From NCBI GenBank assembly GCA_003344405.1, contig NOWV01000139.1:1-64000 (forward strand): 64,000 nucleotides of DNA. The letters run 5' to 3'. The DNA is from Trichoplax sp. H2. Its lineage: Eukaryota. The position numbers were made by a program, and so were the translations under genes. Shown here piece by piece: positions 13,758-28,100 of this stretch (positions within the stretch are counted from its first letter, which is position 1; every line of letters begins with the position of its first letter). The notes beneath the pieces were generated by a model that searched no databases, was not told where the DNA came from, and saw only the letters and a list, made by a program, of their open reading frames with translations.

Positions 13758-15345
13758 AACTGAAAATATCACTGCTAATACGCAAAATTTGGCTGGTAAA
13801 TTGGATGAAAGTGGATGCGGTAAATAATTTAAAATATATAAAACTATACTAGTATTGATGGACTATTTAATGACTAATGACTACGGGCAGATAGATGTAC
13901 AGACTGATCACGTAACCTTTATAAAATGTATTCCTCTAGTAAGATTTTGGACAAGTCTCTGCTCAAGGTAGTAGAATTAATTTTACTAGCGATCTCTACT
14001 GAAGTGGACAGCCATCAGCCGTGGGCCACTAAAATAGCACAAATGCTACCTAGAATTGGATAAAAGTATTTAATTTTAGCGGCCCAATGGTACTGCCACA
14101 GCGTAGAGGTACAATCGATTTTAAAAACATGGCGATCTAGCCTTGTCACTGCTTGCATAATCCTGTAAAATCAATCTATTCCCACTACCTATCTTCAACT
14201 TGAAATAGCAGGGTAAAATGGTTGTCAAATCATATCATCTTCTAGATAGCATTAAGATTACGATAACTACAATTTAATGATTGGTTATGGTGGTATTTTC
14301 GCCATCTATTTGACCCATATTAGGAGCAAGGATGCAAAAAGGTAATATTACATCAGCGGCAAGGAATTTACCAATTTGCATAGCTAACGTGCTTTACATA
14401 TTTATTATTTACGTGTCTAAAATCTGCTGTACTCTGCTCAAAATTCAACATTGAATTCAATTGGAGATTGACTCCTTGGTTATCATTTTAATCATGGATT
14501 GCAAATTTAAATCGAATGGAAACTTGCAGTAACTCAGCACTGAATTCATCCTAGTTAAAAAATGGAATGCCAGTGCTGACCGTAATTCATTATTGAGTTG
14601 TTGACTAATCCCCTGCTGGGCTTCCCGTGTCTTTTTCTAATAATATCGTGCAAGGATTTGGTCATGGACTACTCGAAGAAGTGGAACAACCCTCGTTTAC
14701 TAAAATTATAATTACTAGTAGTAGTCTCTGGCCTCAGTTAACACTAGCTATACCGATAGTACAGTGACTAAAAAATGCCCAAATTAAAAGACTATAGTCG
14801 TCGATATTGATTGTTGACATCGCTGCCGACTGTCCATGTCCATATCCATACGCTTGTAGTAGTGTACTAATGGATACTCCAATCATCGGCATATATAAAA
14901 GCAATCCTGTTGTCTAGAGCCAACAAAGAATTGAAATCTTTTTATCCCCTAGGCAGTCTGCGATGATGAATGCACGAATAATTAATAAGAAAACCTCATT
15001 AACATACTAACTACTGTAAAAGAGTAATCCGAACTTGGTATAGCAGGCACAAAGAAACGAAACAAGTTTTCTAGCGGATTAGTTGGTTACTTGCGACCCA
15101 TTGTCTTCCAACATTGAATTATATTTTAGCCTTGTTATTTACGAACTATAGTTGAACAAAATTAGGATAGTAAAGCCTAGTTACTATCGCTAGCATAGTC
15201 TTATAACTTGGAGTTTATAGTAGAGTTTCATGGGGACGACTGCTTGACAATAAACCCAAGAGTATACTATTACAACGTTGGGTAGAAACCACTTCAATTC
15301 TAGTACTGCCATCAGGAAAACGCCAAATCCAAGGCGACAATAATC

Positions 15346-18300
15346 ATGGAGAAAGTGTGTTTTATTTTGGCTCTGACAGCCATCTACGGTAAGAAAGATC
15401 GATGTACTGATTTGAGGGGTTTCGGTTGTAAACTATTTTGGCCTACTTGCACTTCCACTCTTTCGATGCTAGCGATGGGTCAATATTTGTTTCAACGGGA
15501 TTGTCATCTCCTCGACTATACAAAGTAGACTCCACTCGACACAAAATGGCCGTGGTTGAGGACTCATTAATGATTATACGATCGGATTTATCATGTCCAC
15601 AAGGATGAACATTTTCGATCTTATCCCTTTCGTTGAATCCTTTTTATTGGATCGAGATAGATAGACATTAGAATAGATCATTTCTTCTTCCAATCGAACC
15701 GATAACGATGATCATTTCAAAATGGCAGCGTGTACCAATCATAAATTTTCAACCAATGCAGCAGTTCCCTCCAGTCAGATCATTTTAATTATAGAAAAAT
15801 GCAATGATAATCATGGCTATGTTCTCTCTAAGTAATTCGCTGGCTGTAGCCTACCACTTCAGTATTCAGCATGATGTAAAATCTGCATGGTATGTCTTCC
15901 GATGGCTTTTTCTAAAAGCCAATCCGATCGGAAGATTCACAGCTTTTTCGATATTGTTCACACCTGGGTGATATGGAGCAACTTTTTCAACTTTTATACC
16001 ATGCCACTGATGATCAACAGTTTACCTACAATATAAGATGTAGACATAATTGTGCTTAACTCACGCCATGAAGAAATGGCGCACAACGATGCGTCAACAA
16101 AATCACCAAATCCTCTACAACCATACAGTTTTATTATTTGTTTTTCATGTTAACGGTTGACCTAAGAAATTAAAGCATTTTACTCTTTCTTTCCCTTTGA
16201 TTGTAAGTCAAGCCGTGCAAGTTGATTCTAATTAATTAGGAACCTTAATTGGCCGTCATGACATGTACACTTGTACAGTCCATAGATCCTTTTTGGATAA
16301 TTAACGCTCACCTTCACACAAGCGGTTCAACATTTTCCTACAGTACGCGTATTTCAAGTGGTTGTCTTATGGGGTTGAAATTGTCGGAAATAGACACTTA
16401 ACTATGTCCAAATTGATCATGGATCTGTTCCATCTTGACAGTTAATTAAAAAATAAACCGTGATCGTTGCAGAATTGTAATTGGTCTCTATTTGTTGATA
16501 TCTTGTAGGCGCTGTCGCTCAAAATATTCCTACTTATAAGCAATGGATACCCAACACTAATTACAACAATCCCGATAATTGGAGTAAGAAAAGATTGCCG
16601 TGCAGTCAAGATACAATAACATTCCAAAAAAGCGTAAGTCTAATTCGTCAAAGTTGCTCTTTATTTTGCACTTTTTTCTACTATCCGTACGGTAATGGTA
16701 GGGGTAAAAAACAACAGGATGAACCTTCTAGGAAAGAATGTAGCGTTAATTTATCGACATCGAGTTGCTTAATACGATACGTTTGGTTTCAAAGTTGTTT
16801 CATTAATCTACTGTATTGAGTGAAAAGATTGAAGTATAGTCCATCGTAGAAATACTCGCTTATTAATCTTCTGATTGACTGTATCAATTTTCGTTTCGGA
16901 CTATCATGAAATAAATTCTTCTCGCAGGAAGGAGAGTATTTATTTATTTACTTTATCTGCGTGTATTTTATTTCTTGTCCAGATGAAACAGTTATGGATG
17001 GAAAAGTTACTGTATATGAAACACATAAGCATGAATAGACAGTAACCGTAGTTCATGAGCTATTATTTCTTGATCTTGTTGTTTAACTGGATGTATCCAA
17101 TCTTTATTTTAGAACTACACGGTCTACCTTCAAAATACTTTATCGGTACAAGAATTGGTAAGTTTGATCCATCATGAAAGTGCATAGCCCGCTCTACAGA
17201 GTCCATGTTTGTCTCACCTTGAGATGGAAGCCCTGCGGCTATACTGTACTGTTCGCGGTGAAATATGGTGCAATGATTTTGCATTATCCTTGAAGCATTG
17301 TACCACTTGCATAATGTGATTTCTTTCTATCACCATGATAATTAATAAGAATATTCCATACAAATACTTTATTTAATTCAGAAAGGTTCCTTCCAGTTAG
17401 CCATAAACGACAATAGGATCCTTTGACGGAATAGACTTTTTCTAACCTTTAGATAGAGTACAATAGATTAGTATTATGAACCATTTCAATTCCATGTTTA
17501 CTGTCATCGTCCTTCGATACTTGCTAAAACAGATCAGTACCATAAATCATTTCAATTTCATGATCACTGCCATCTTCCTTCGATAGCTGTATAATTATTG
17601 AAATAGATAAGTATGGCGAACTATTTCAATTTCATGCTCACTATCACCTTCCATCGATAGCTGTTGAAATAGATCAGTACGATGAATCAATTTCATGATC
17701 ACTGCCATCTTCCTTCGATAGCTGTATAATTATTGAAATAGATCAGTATGGTGAACTATTTCAATTTCACGCTCACTATCACCCTCCGTCGATAGTTGTT
17801 AAAATAGATCAGTACGATCAACAAATTTCATGATCACTGCCATCTTCCTTCGATAGCTGTATAATTATTGAAACAGATAAGTATGGTGAACTATTTCAAT
17901 TTCATGTTCACTATCACCTTCCATCGATAGTTGTTAAAATAGATCAGTACGATGAGCCAGTTCAATTTCATGATTACTATCATCTTCTTTCCATAGTTGT
18001 TGAAATAGATCACTATTATCAGCCATTTCAAATCGATACTCGCTGTCCTCATCTTCCTTCGGTAGTTGTTGAAATAGATCAGTATTATGAACCATTTCAA
18101 TTCCTTGCTCACTATCATCTTCCTTTCATGGATGTCGATAGTTGTCGAAAATTCGTAATATTTACTACAATTAACTTCTACAGTACCAATATAGTTCTAC
18201 CTTATCATCCTCACACCTTACATACTGGAAATTCCTTTACTGTATATTTATTATTCGACACTGCAATGCTATTATACTGTACATTCTAGAACGATTGTCG

Positions 18301-21300
18301 GCCTAATAGGTTGCTAGATCTGTTTCTGTGTTGCCCTATCTTGTTCACTCCTTCCGTACAGGAAATTTACTTAGGTGTTAAATGCTTAGGTGATTGTTAA
18401 GGATGAAACTATTGTCACTCAAATGCGTAGCTAGCTGTTATTGATTATGCAAAGGCTAAAACTAGTCTCGCTCCAATGCATGACTAGATTGTGTACTGCT
18501 CAACCATCCATACTGGAAGTTTTACGAGATGTAAAAATGATCTTTGTCATCAATTGTTCAAAGTGAAAATTACGATCACTCTATTACTAGATTTTGCCTG
18601 TCGATGGCGACTTTGTTCTTGAGGAAGGATTTACTATCGAAGCACCACCGACACCATCGTCTTCACCGACTTCATCTCCTTCATCTCCTCCATGTCAAAC
18701 AGGTATTATTCCAGTGATATGATAATAGGAGTCCTACGTTAAATAGATCCAATGTCAGAAGGAAAACTGCATGGATAATTTCAGCAGAATGAAGGAGACG
18801 CTATTATATTTTCGACTTGTTGAATGATGACCATTCAATTTTACCAAAGTTTCATGATATTGGCTTATTACTGTTTAACGACAACTTGTTCTCCGCTCTG
18901 TATGCTGTAATATCGACATGTACTGCATTCTAGTCTACTGTTGTAGTAAAATGTACCGAATAGAAATAACTAAGTAAGTCATTAGTTTTCGCACCGTACA
19001 AAACTCGAAATACGAATATAAATACTACACTTGGTTTCATGTCGTCGTATAAAAAATATCGATCCAATTCTGTATAAGTGATCCTATAATTAGAATTAAA
19101 TATTTGAAAATCGCATAACATAGACAATTTCATTTCTTCAATACGTGTAGGTGGATCGCCTAACGTTTTTATCGGAGATATCCCTAAAAATTGGTTCAAC
19201 CCGTCTAACTGGTTCACTGTTGATGGACCTACAGGATCAAGCATTCCTGGAAAGGTTGCTTCAAATGTTATGCAAACCGAACAGATACCTTGCCTAACTG
19301 ATACGGCTATTTTTCCGGTGGGTGTTTAGGCTAAATTAAGTCTTCGTCATCTTGCCTGTATCAGTAACTTAGTGAGAGTATACATAGGATGATTGCATGA
19401 AAAGATATTGCTTTATTTAGTAGCTTTCAAAACTAATTGATGTCACAATATGCTATCTTATCACTGTACTTGTATTCAATATTCTATGACGATAAAATAA
19501 TAATAATATCAAAGTTATTACCTCTCTTGTCATAAAGTGGTCAACTAAACGTTCAATTTTATTATGTCTTTTTCAATTTTTTTAGTCTAACGCTTTTGCA
19601 GTTAATATCACACTGCCAGTCATTGTTGGCTCAATTTTAATTAATGGTCAGCAGTATCTTGGCCAGCAGTTTGCTAACTATTTGGCCACACCTGTAGCTC
19701 AAAATCAGTTTTATTTTGGATTTGGAGCTTCTGTAACTGTCCAAGATAGCACTTGCACTAATAGTTCAGGATGCCCGTGTGGTTATTCAGGTGGAGTGGT
19801 AAGTATAAATGTTAGTTTGTTCCCTGACAGTTCTTGTCAGAACTGATATCGACGCTATTTAATAAGACATATGTATTTAAATTACACGGGTATAGCTATA
19901 GCTATTAATAACATTGTAAGCTATGGCATGCAAAACTTAAACTCCTGCTACGTAGAATATTCTATTGATGTAATACTATCCTTTTATCACAGTTTCAATA
20001 TGAAATATGTAGGCAATCAATTTGTCCGCGCATTTCTTGTTCCAAACCGCTTGCTCCACCTCTTGGCAGTTGTTGTAAAATATGCGGTAAGTTATTTACA
20101 TGATACAAAAATTCCTTATTTGTAGTTCAATTCAACTTACTAACATGCAGAGTAAACTTATTTACGGTAATGTTGTCTTGAAACTAGGAACCGTTATGCA
20201 GTTTTCCATTTCTAGTACCTTTAATATTACCGAATTTGAGCAACAGATCAAAGTGTCCTTCTTAAATGCCGCAGTAAGTAATTAAGAAATATTTGAGCAG
20301 ATTTCTTCTATTATTGGTATTACATGATTACATGAATGATTATCGATCATGACTGTACGTTCGGGCTTACAAAGTTTGGTTGAAGTACCGTAGAAGGGAT
20401 TGATTGCCATCTCTGTCTTTATAAGTTATTTAACTTTCCATATTTCCTAATGTATATTGTAACCGCACTATCACTAGACCAACGTATTATACAACATACA
20501 AACTACGGCGAATGGAACAGTTTTGTTGATTTTACAAGATACTAATAATGGTAAGCTATTGCAATTATTCCTATTGTAATATGTTCTTAATAATCTCTTT
20601 ACCTTTTTACCCTTCCTTTGTAATCAATTTTTACTATAAAAAGCATGATACAAAAGTAAAAAGTAGCATTATTTTTTAATTACTTATGGTAGCTAAAATA
20701 TTTCATTTTAGGAAGTACCTCAGGAACTGCTGCTATTAATGTAGGGAAGAATATTTTTGATAAGATTCGTTCAGGTTGGTAGAAATTACTTCAGAAATAA
20801 AGCTATCTTAAGGGTCTAAAATGAATGGCCCAAATTTTTGTTGCTGCGTAAACGCCTATTTTGTAGTATTTATCAACATTAATCTCGGGAATGACCGGTG
20901 TATTTGTATTTATTTATTTTATTTATTCCATTTGTGCTAGTATTTTCCGTTATCGTAATCATAGCGTAAATGAAATCTAATGAATCTATTTTATAGAGTA
21001 ACTTGATTTCATTGACTTATGCACATATTTTCCGTGATTGTATTTAATTTCTCATGGGCAATCCCCAAGATTGATCGGTCATTCCCTAGGATTGAGCGTA
21101 ACATATAGGTTTATATATATACGCGTACACTGAACAGTTATTATAATTAGTAATAATATCGTAATTGTTAAGAAAGTATGTAATACTTATTTCATAAGAC
21201 AGAAGAAATCATTAATGCAGCTTTCATCCTATCTAGACAAAAGCTTTAATATCACCTCGGAAACGCTGCAGGGATCCGACGGAACTGTTATTACAACCAA

Positions 21301-22329
21301 ACCTACAACACCTAGTAAGTAATGTAAAACGTTTTTTTAATTTGTGACAATCTCGATACTATCGTATGTCTATGCGTATTGTAGGAAATATACTTTTGAA
21401 AGAAATTTTTTCTAAAATAACGTGAAATTAACCATTGAATAAATGAAAGATGGCATCAGATTTTATATCTTGGTTTTCTCCGTGTTATATAGATAATGCT
21501 GTTGGTGTTGGCGTTGGAATAGCGCTGGCTGTCGTTGCCGTCATTCTGCTGTTGTCAGTAGCATACTACTTGTACTTCAGGAGGTAATTGTTTAAGAATT
21601 TTAGTAATGCGTAATTATGTGGTCGTTTATTGATCTCTAGATATATTGAAGTCAATAATGATGAGGCCAGTAGCAGTCATTTGCGAGATTTTTCTATAAA
21701 TAAGTTTCTCTTAAAATTTATTTAAAAAATTACTAGAAAATCTGCTGACGAGCAAGATCTATCCACTGCAACTACACCATCTCGAATTTCTAAAAGAATC
21801 AATAACCTTGGTCGGCGCATGCGAAGTACATTGAGAGGTCGTACATCGTCGAGTCTACTTACTTCCATGGAATTAGGAACACGTAGTGAAGCAGGTATGA
21901 TATAGTAGAAATGATAAAGCCAAAAGTAATTCAAGACTACAGCAGTCCTCATTGATTTTCATAATGTTTTACTTTAATTACAAGTATACCTACCTTTCTA
22001 GCCTTAAAATACTATTATGGTTGATTTTTAGAACAAAGTGTGGTAGACGTAGAGGATAAAGCTGGCCTGAGCTATGAAAATCCTTTATACAAAACTACCG
22101 TTAAGGTTAGCAGACGAAACCTTTGTAGGATGAAATTTAATGATAAAAGCTGGATATAATTGGCGTATCCAAGCTGTTCCAATTTACTTTCTCGTGATGC
22201 GCGTATAATCAAAATTACTTTTAGAAGATTTTTTTAATAAAGATGCTTTTTTGTCTAACTTTATAGGAGGAACCCGAAACTGCGTTTACTTTACAGGATA
22301 CTCAAGATCCAACTGCTATCTATGAATAA
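15346..22329 (+). CDS. AMN: Amnionless (cubilin partner) homolog, 15 exons: 15346-15388, 16509-16633, 17113-17157, 18591-18702, 19151-19317, 19586-19798, 19993-20086, 20188-20273, 20478-20550, 20712-20774, 21237-21314, 21493-21583, 21737-21894, 22032-22105, 22267-22329
   Basis: Collinear with human AMN: signal peptide, KQWIPNTNYNNPDNWSKKRLPC ([22 protein letters not shown]), ILPVDGDFVL (LLPLDGELVL), TEQIPCLTDTAIFP (AERVPCRHDDVFFP), CTNSSGCPCG...CPRISCSKPLAPPLGSCCKICG Cys-rich region, single TM helix, cytoplasmic YENPLY. The frame stays open across all junctions. Confidence 0.9.
15870..16290 (-). pseudogene. Possible decayed DDE integrase fragment (Ginger/KRBA2-like or retroelement rve) inside AMN intron 1
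   Basis: Minus-strand peptide pieces CHDGQLRFLIN*, DLQSKGKERVKCFNFLGQP and QWHGIKVEKVAPYHPGVNNIEKAVN occur in the order expected for rve core motifs. They are interrupted by stops and frameshifts. Confidence 0.3.
17461..18125. repeat. ~66-bp tandem repeat, about 10 units, with alternating A/B dimer structure, in AMN intron 3
   Basis: Recurrent AATAGATCAGTA...TTCAATTTCATG.TCACT..CATCTTCC.TCGATAG.TGT at ~17462, 17528, 17601, 17667, 17736, 17803, 17871, 17938, 18003, 18072. Confidence 0.95.
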
Positions 22330-25101
22330 GCGGGATTTCAGTTCTGCTAAGTGTTTTAATAACTACGTCTTTGCATGGTCGTTGACTATTTTTAATGAAA
22401 TTTGCCATGTTTGTGCAGTTTCTAGAAATTTCGCATTTTATTGGATATCTTAGTTATGATGTACGCGTATACAGCAACTTTGCCGTAAGGTAATAAATAA
22501 AATGGTTCAGTTCAAAGAAATGAAAGCGTTTGATTGCCAATTGAATTGTACTAGTTTCATTTTTTCTCTGCGCGTACTGCAGGATTGAAATTGGCCTGTA
22601 GTACCACTATTTTCATTAGAACATAGTATTATTGCAGTGCAAGATTACATTATACCGAATTCATTATAAAAAGTTAATCATCTGTAGTATTTACTACGAA
22701 TGCCATGAAAATCCATGCTGTCGTAACTTTGTTTGATCTTGAGCTTACAATCAGTATGCTCCTTTACTCAGAATTTATGGTGCCTTGGTACAGTTAACGA
22801 TTATATTATCATACACTGCCTTTGTTTAAGGATTTCAAGCATTCGTTAAGTGATAGATATTACTGCGTTTGCAGAGGAATATTTAATAATCTGACTTTAG
22901 TTTACCTCAATACTATTTGGATATTTACAACCACAACTTGAAAGATACTCTGTAATGTGTATTAGTAGAAGAAGTATACTTGTATTAGTACTGTACTCTT
23001 AGATTATCTCCTATATTAAAATTGGCCAATCAATGTTATAATTACTTTGATTCATCTAATAACGTATCAAAGCGAAATGGGCAGCACTAAATAAGTGCAA
23101 ACAGACACGCTGCATATACATTTAATAGAAGAAGTAATTAAGCCTTATCAACAGGTAGGCTGATATCTAAATTATTTTGTAGCGATTTATTTTTAGGAAA
23201 TCAAGTATAGTTAAAGAATCGAAAAATTTTGAATAAAATTATTTATTAATTATTAACAGATCGCTACTCCAATTAAGCCAAATTTCGCATATAATCTTTA
23301 ACGACAGAAATAGCTTAAAGAATAACAAGTAACAATTTTCACATTGCTTTTAATGTTGTATACAGACTGTAATCTATGTCGTTCATCTGGATCATTCATG
23401 TTCGATCAACAAATAATGTCTTCATGTTTAATGGTATACAATTTATAACATTGTGACACAAAAATAAGTATCGTTTTCTATTTGTAACGAATGAGGTCTT
23501 TATCGAAAATTAAAATGATATGTACCAGGCTGAGCAGGATACTGGCTTAGATATTGCAAGGGCTGCTGACGAACGGTCAATACTTGATTACTTCCCTTAT
23601 AAAGGGGAGTATCGTATAGGCAAATTAATTGCAATAAAGAAAGTGATTTGAATATTAACAATTTCTAAACACTACCTCCAGATATTATTATAATTTCGGT
23701 TCAATATACATAGGCTAAAAATACGCTATTCTTTTTAGGTCCCTAAAATCCGAATCAACCAGTTATTTCTCTAATCACAACTTTTGAATTTAGTGGCAAA
23801 ATATCATATTGAAATCGGCATGCTATGAGATGAAGGAAACTTATCGAGCGAAAAAGCCTAACAACGCCTATCAGTAAAGGGCTAAATTATATCGTCATCA
23901 CGCGTGCCTTATGTTTTCCAATTTTTTATGCAAAACACATTTAAAGACTTGCTACAAATACTATCAGTATGATTATAGAATTTACTCGATCTTTCGATCG
24001 AGTAAATTGTACTGTCTCCTATTATAATAATTTGAAATCATTACGGTCGTAAGATGTGCTGAAAATATTTTAATTTCATTAATTTACGATCATTCCAGCT
24101 GAACTGCATCTACAAATGAATTAAAATTTGTGGTACTTTTTTGAATTTTGCGCAATTATTAATAATTCGACCGAATTAGGTCAAATAACTGTGAGGTAAA
24201 ATTAGATGAGTATATCATCGCTCTGTAACTTTTGATGTGGATCCATAATTTTACCATGTGAAATAGCACAGCCTAGATGATAGCCGTTAATATATCTAGT
24301 AAAGTTGGCGTATTATCATGGTGTGTTGTGCTTGTGGAAAGGTGGAAGCACAATTTGTGTATTAAAAGATCCAATTAACAAACTACTCTTGGAGAAACTA
24401 ACGAGTAAAATAATGATGTAGATGTATAACACTAATCAAATACAAAAAGCTGGTCAGGTATCTTAGATATACCAAATCTCTGGTGAAAATTAATTTTGAA
24501 TGGAAAGCAATTTAAGTTTAGAAACTGAAATTTATTAATAATATTGCGATTAAGCCTTACATCTTATCGAGCCATTATGATATTTATCATTTTTAACCTT
24601 ATATTATACGGTTAGTAAAGGGTTTAATTAACAAGTAGAAGATTTGACGTAAGCTAATGACCACGTACGAAGATCATTCTATCTATATTTATTAGAATTT
24701 GGTAGTAAAATTCTTAATACTAAAACAAGGAGCGACATATTGCGTTAATGATTAAGATAGAAGCAATTGTATAACAAAGAATTAAAAATTTGGAAGTTAC
24801 TAAGTAATTTTCCGAGTCCTAATAAAAGTAGCGATAAAATTATCAAAAATTTACTATTGAAGAGAAGCAATAGTAGTAGTGAAATTAAGAATCCATCAAT
24901 GGCGGAAACTTAACCAAAGACTTCGTTATGCGTATGATGGTTTACATCCTTTAAATGGGTAATAGGTTGATTATTAAAATTTATGCAATAATGCCATTCG
25001 CATTAAAAGGTAACGAGCTAGTAGAACGGAGTAATTGAAAAGCGATTTAACTGAATGATTCCTAGTTAAGACCTAATACATTTTTTCGTTCTGCTAATCT
25101 C

Positions 25102-28100
25102 TTAATTTCCAGGATTCATTTGTTTTTCTCCAACATTTGGCAATTTGTCATACAGCGGTGGTAGTTGAGTTTTACTCGTAGCGCCAATGTCAGTCTGATT
25201 GTAATTTAATGCGACTTGTCCAGCTTGTGGTGTCTGAACGTAAACTGGCGCTTGTTGGAAAGCTATAACTAACGAAAAATATTAAAAACATAGGATTATA
25301 AATTTCAAATCAAATAACACTGAGCTTTAATCGTTAGGTTAATGGATTCAGAGAAACTATAGATTGATTGTAGCTAATTAGATATTGGAGGTAAGACAGT
25401 AATATAGCATGATGTAGTCGGTATGATATTACTAAAAGAGTAATTAGGATGGAATACTTTTCAAAAGAAAATTTGAGCCTCTTTAGCTAAGGTAGAAGGG
25501 CTAATATTTATACGTAATTTTAAACATGCAATCATCAATTTTACAATCCGTTTTCATGGTATCGCATAGATAATTATAATCATCGAAAGAAGTGTTATCA
25601 AACGACATAAATATGGCAATATAATGAAACTTATAAATTCGCAGATTTTGGAAGAACTGAATAATTACCAGAATATACTACTCGATTAGTAGTTATTTTT
25701 ATACTGTAAAACTATTAAAGACTATTATAATAGTGAGATTGAGTAAACTTTGTATACAGAATCATATCCGGTAAGCAGTCCGTCATTTGTACTGCTTATA
25801 AGGAATTCATGAATCCAGTTTGTGCTATTAAAACTTTAAAGTGCTTGACGACAATTACATGATTTACCTTTACTTGATAGCGCTACTCGCTAAAAGTTTT
25901 ATATACCATATCTGAGTTAATATTAAGATTCTTACCTGGTTGATTAGGATATTGAGTTGGATATTGAGTTGGATATTGTTGAAATGCTACAACTTGGCTA
26001 GGACCAGTTTGATAGTGGACAGTAGTAACGTTCTATATGTTTAACAAGGGTAAATAAAGTATAAATTAACTCTGATTAACAGAAAATAAATACCGCATTA
26101 ATTTTTAGGTATATTCAAGTAATTAAGTCTATAGGCAACTTAGCTAAATATCATGAACAACAACTAATGAATCAAAATCCGATGCGGTTCTTATAGTCAT
26201 AGAAAGATGATCGCCGACATATCCTGTTAGAGATTACAGTACCACATTCTAACGATGTATAATTACTTGAACTTAGAGTGTACTTCAAACTCATATCGAT
26301 CACACTTTTCATAGTCTATCTAATGTTAACGACATCCACTAAGTTATTAAGTATTTTAACACTATCTAATCTTTTCAATCAAGAGTGTTAGCTAAAGAAA
26401 TGACGATAACTCTTAGCGAAAATGCCCGAAATACGGGTAGTGGTATAAAATAAGGAATCGGCTGAGAAAGTTATCCAAGACTTACCGTTGCCGTTGTATT
26501 ATTACAATAAATGCCATTTCCTAAAATAACGACTGATGTTAGGGACAGTATAAATCCAGAGACGGATAAAATGATAGAGACGATGTTGAACCATATAGTG
26601 CCTCCAAAGTATAATCCAAAACGGTTGCTAACCATGTAGGCAAGGCTAACTATGAAATGAGGAATGGACAAAATAAAGCTAATAATGGCGAACGCGAAAT
26701 ACGAGTTCATCTGTGTATCGGGGAAAAAAACATTGAAACAAGTCAGTTCATTCCAATCATCACTTAATAAATATCAAAACTTTCCAAGTTGCTGCTAATC
26801 AATGATTACGGACATACTGTATCTAGACATGAATAGTAAAGAGTATAGTAAACTTTCACCCTGGGTAACGGTTTAAAGTAGTTAAAATCGCTTCTAAAAG
26901 CAAAAATTTTTCTAGCAGTCTAGCGAACAACTTGATGATTTTAATCAGGTCTTAAAATATTGGTATAGCAAAAACATACTACAATTTAAAAATTTGACCT
27001 TATAGTAAGTGTAAGGAAGAAGGAAATTGTCGTCCAATCGTAAAATTAAGTAACAGTTGCTTAATGTTAATGTTATTAGCTATGGCTTAAAAGATGTAAA
27101 GATCGACGCTTATTAGACGAAAATTGTTCGTCAATCGTTATTGATCATCTATTATAGGAAGGATTATAGAATATTATTTACCATTACATACTGATCATTT
27201 ATATAGTTATTCTGTTCGATGCCATAGCAATTAGTAGCAATTAGGCTATAGATTCTTTGAGGCTGATAAAAGTAAGATTATACGAGGGAGTAGATCGGGC
27301 GAATTTTACTAGTGCTTTATTTCATTGATATAAAATCAGTAATTTAAGATTCTATTGAATGTTATTTCATTAGTACTTATAAATTGATATTTTAAACAGG
27401 CTAATTTCTATACTATTTTACAAATGCTAAAATGTCTCTTACCAGATGTGAATTAGCACGATTCTTGTGAGAAGCGATAGCAAATATGCCACATAGGATA
27501 TACTGAAATAAAAGATAATAGAAAACAATATTTAGTCATCCTTAAGTCATGATACTGTGTAGACTGTATACTGTATTGTAGGCAATAGATCATATGGACA
27601 TAGAGTAGAACATGGTAAAATAAATTAGAATGGGCAGAAATACAATTTCTAGATTTCTGAAACTGAATAAATAACATTAACTAAACTTTTTCTAACTAGA
27701 GTGGAATGGATTATCACTTAGTAGAACGAAGTATAATAATTCAGATTGGGAAAAAATGTAATTTCTAGTAATCTAAAACGGAGTAAATAACATTAAATAA
27801 ACTTTTCCTATTAAGAGTGCAATGGATTACTAATTACTAGTAAATATCAGTGTCTATTCGCTGTTCATAACCAGTACATTATACATATTACTGATATTAG
27901 CAATCTATTCCGATAACTTACAAATACGCCAGCCCAAATATCAGCTCCAACAAAGACCGTTGCGTTGCGAATATAGATATAATGGCCGTGACTATAATAT
28001 GAATAAGCAGTGGTGAAAATTCCAACGATGCCAACTATAAAGCTGACAATACCCGTAATGAGCATAGTAACACCAATCCCATAGCAAGTTTTACGGCGAT

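Noticed and set aside
17461-18125. CRISPR-like array
   Set aside because: Units are contiguous diverged repeats with no unique spacers, inside a eukaryotic intron, with no cas genes.
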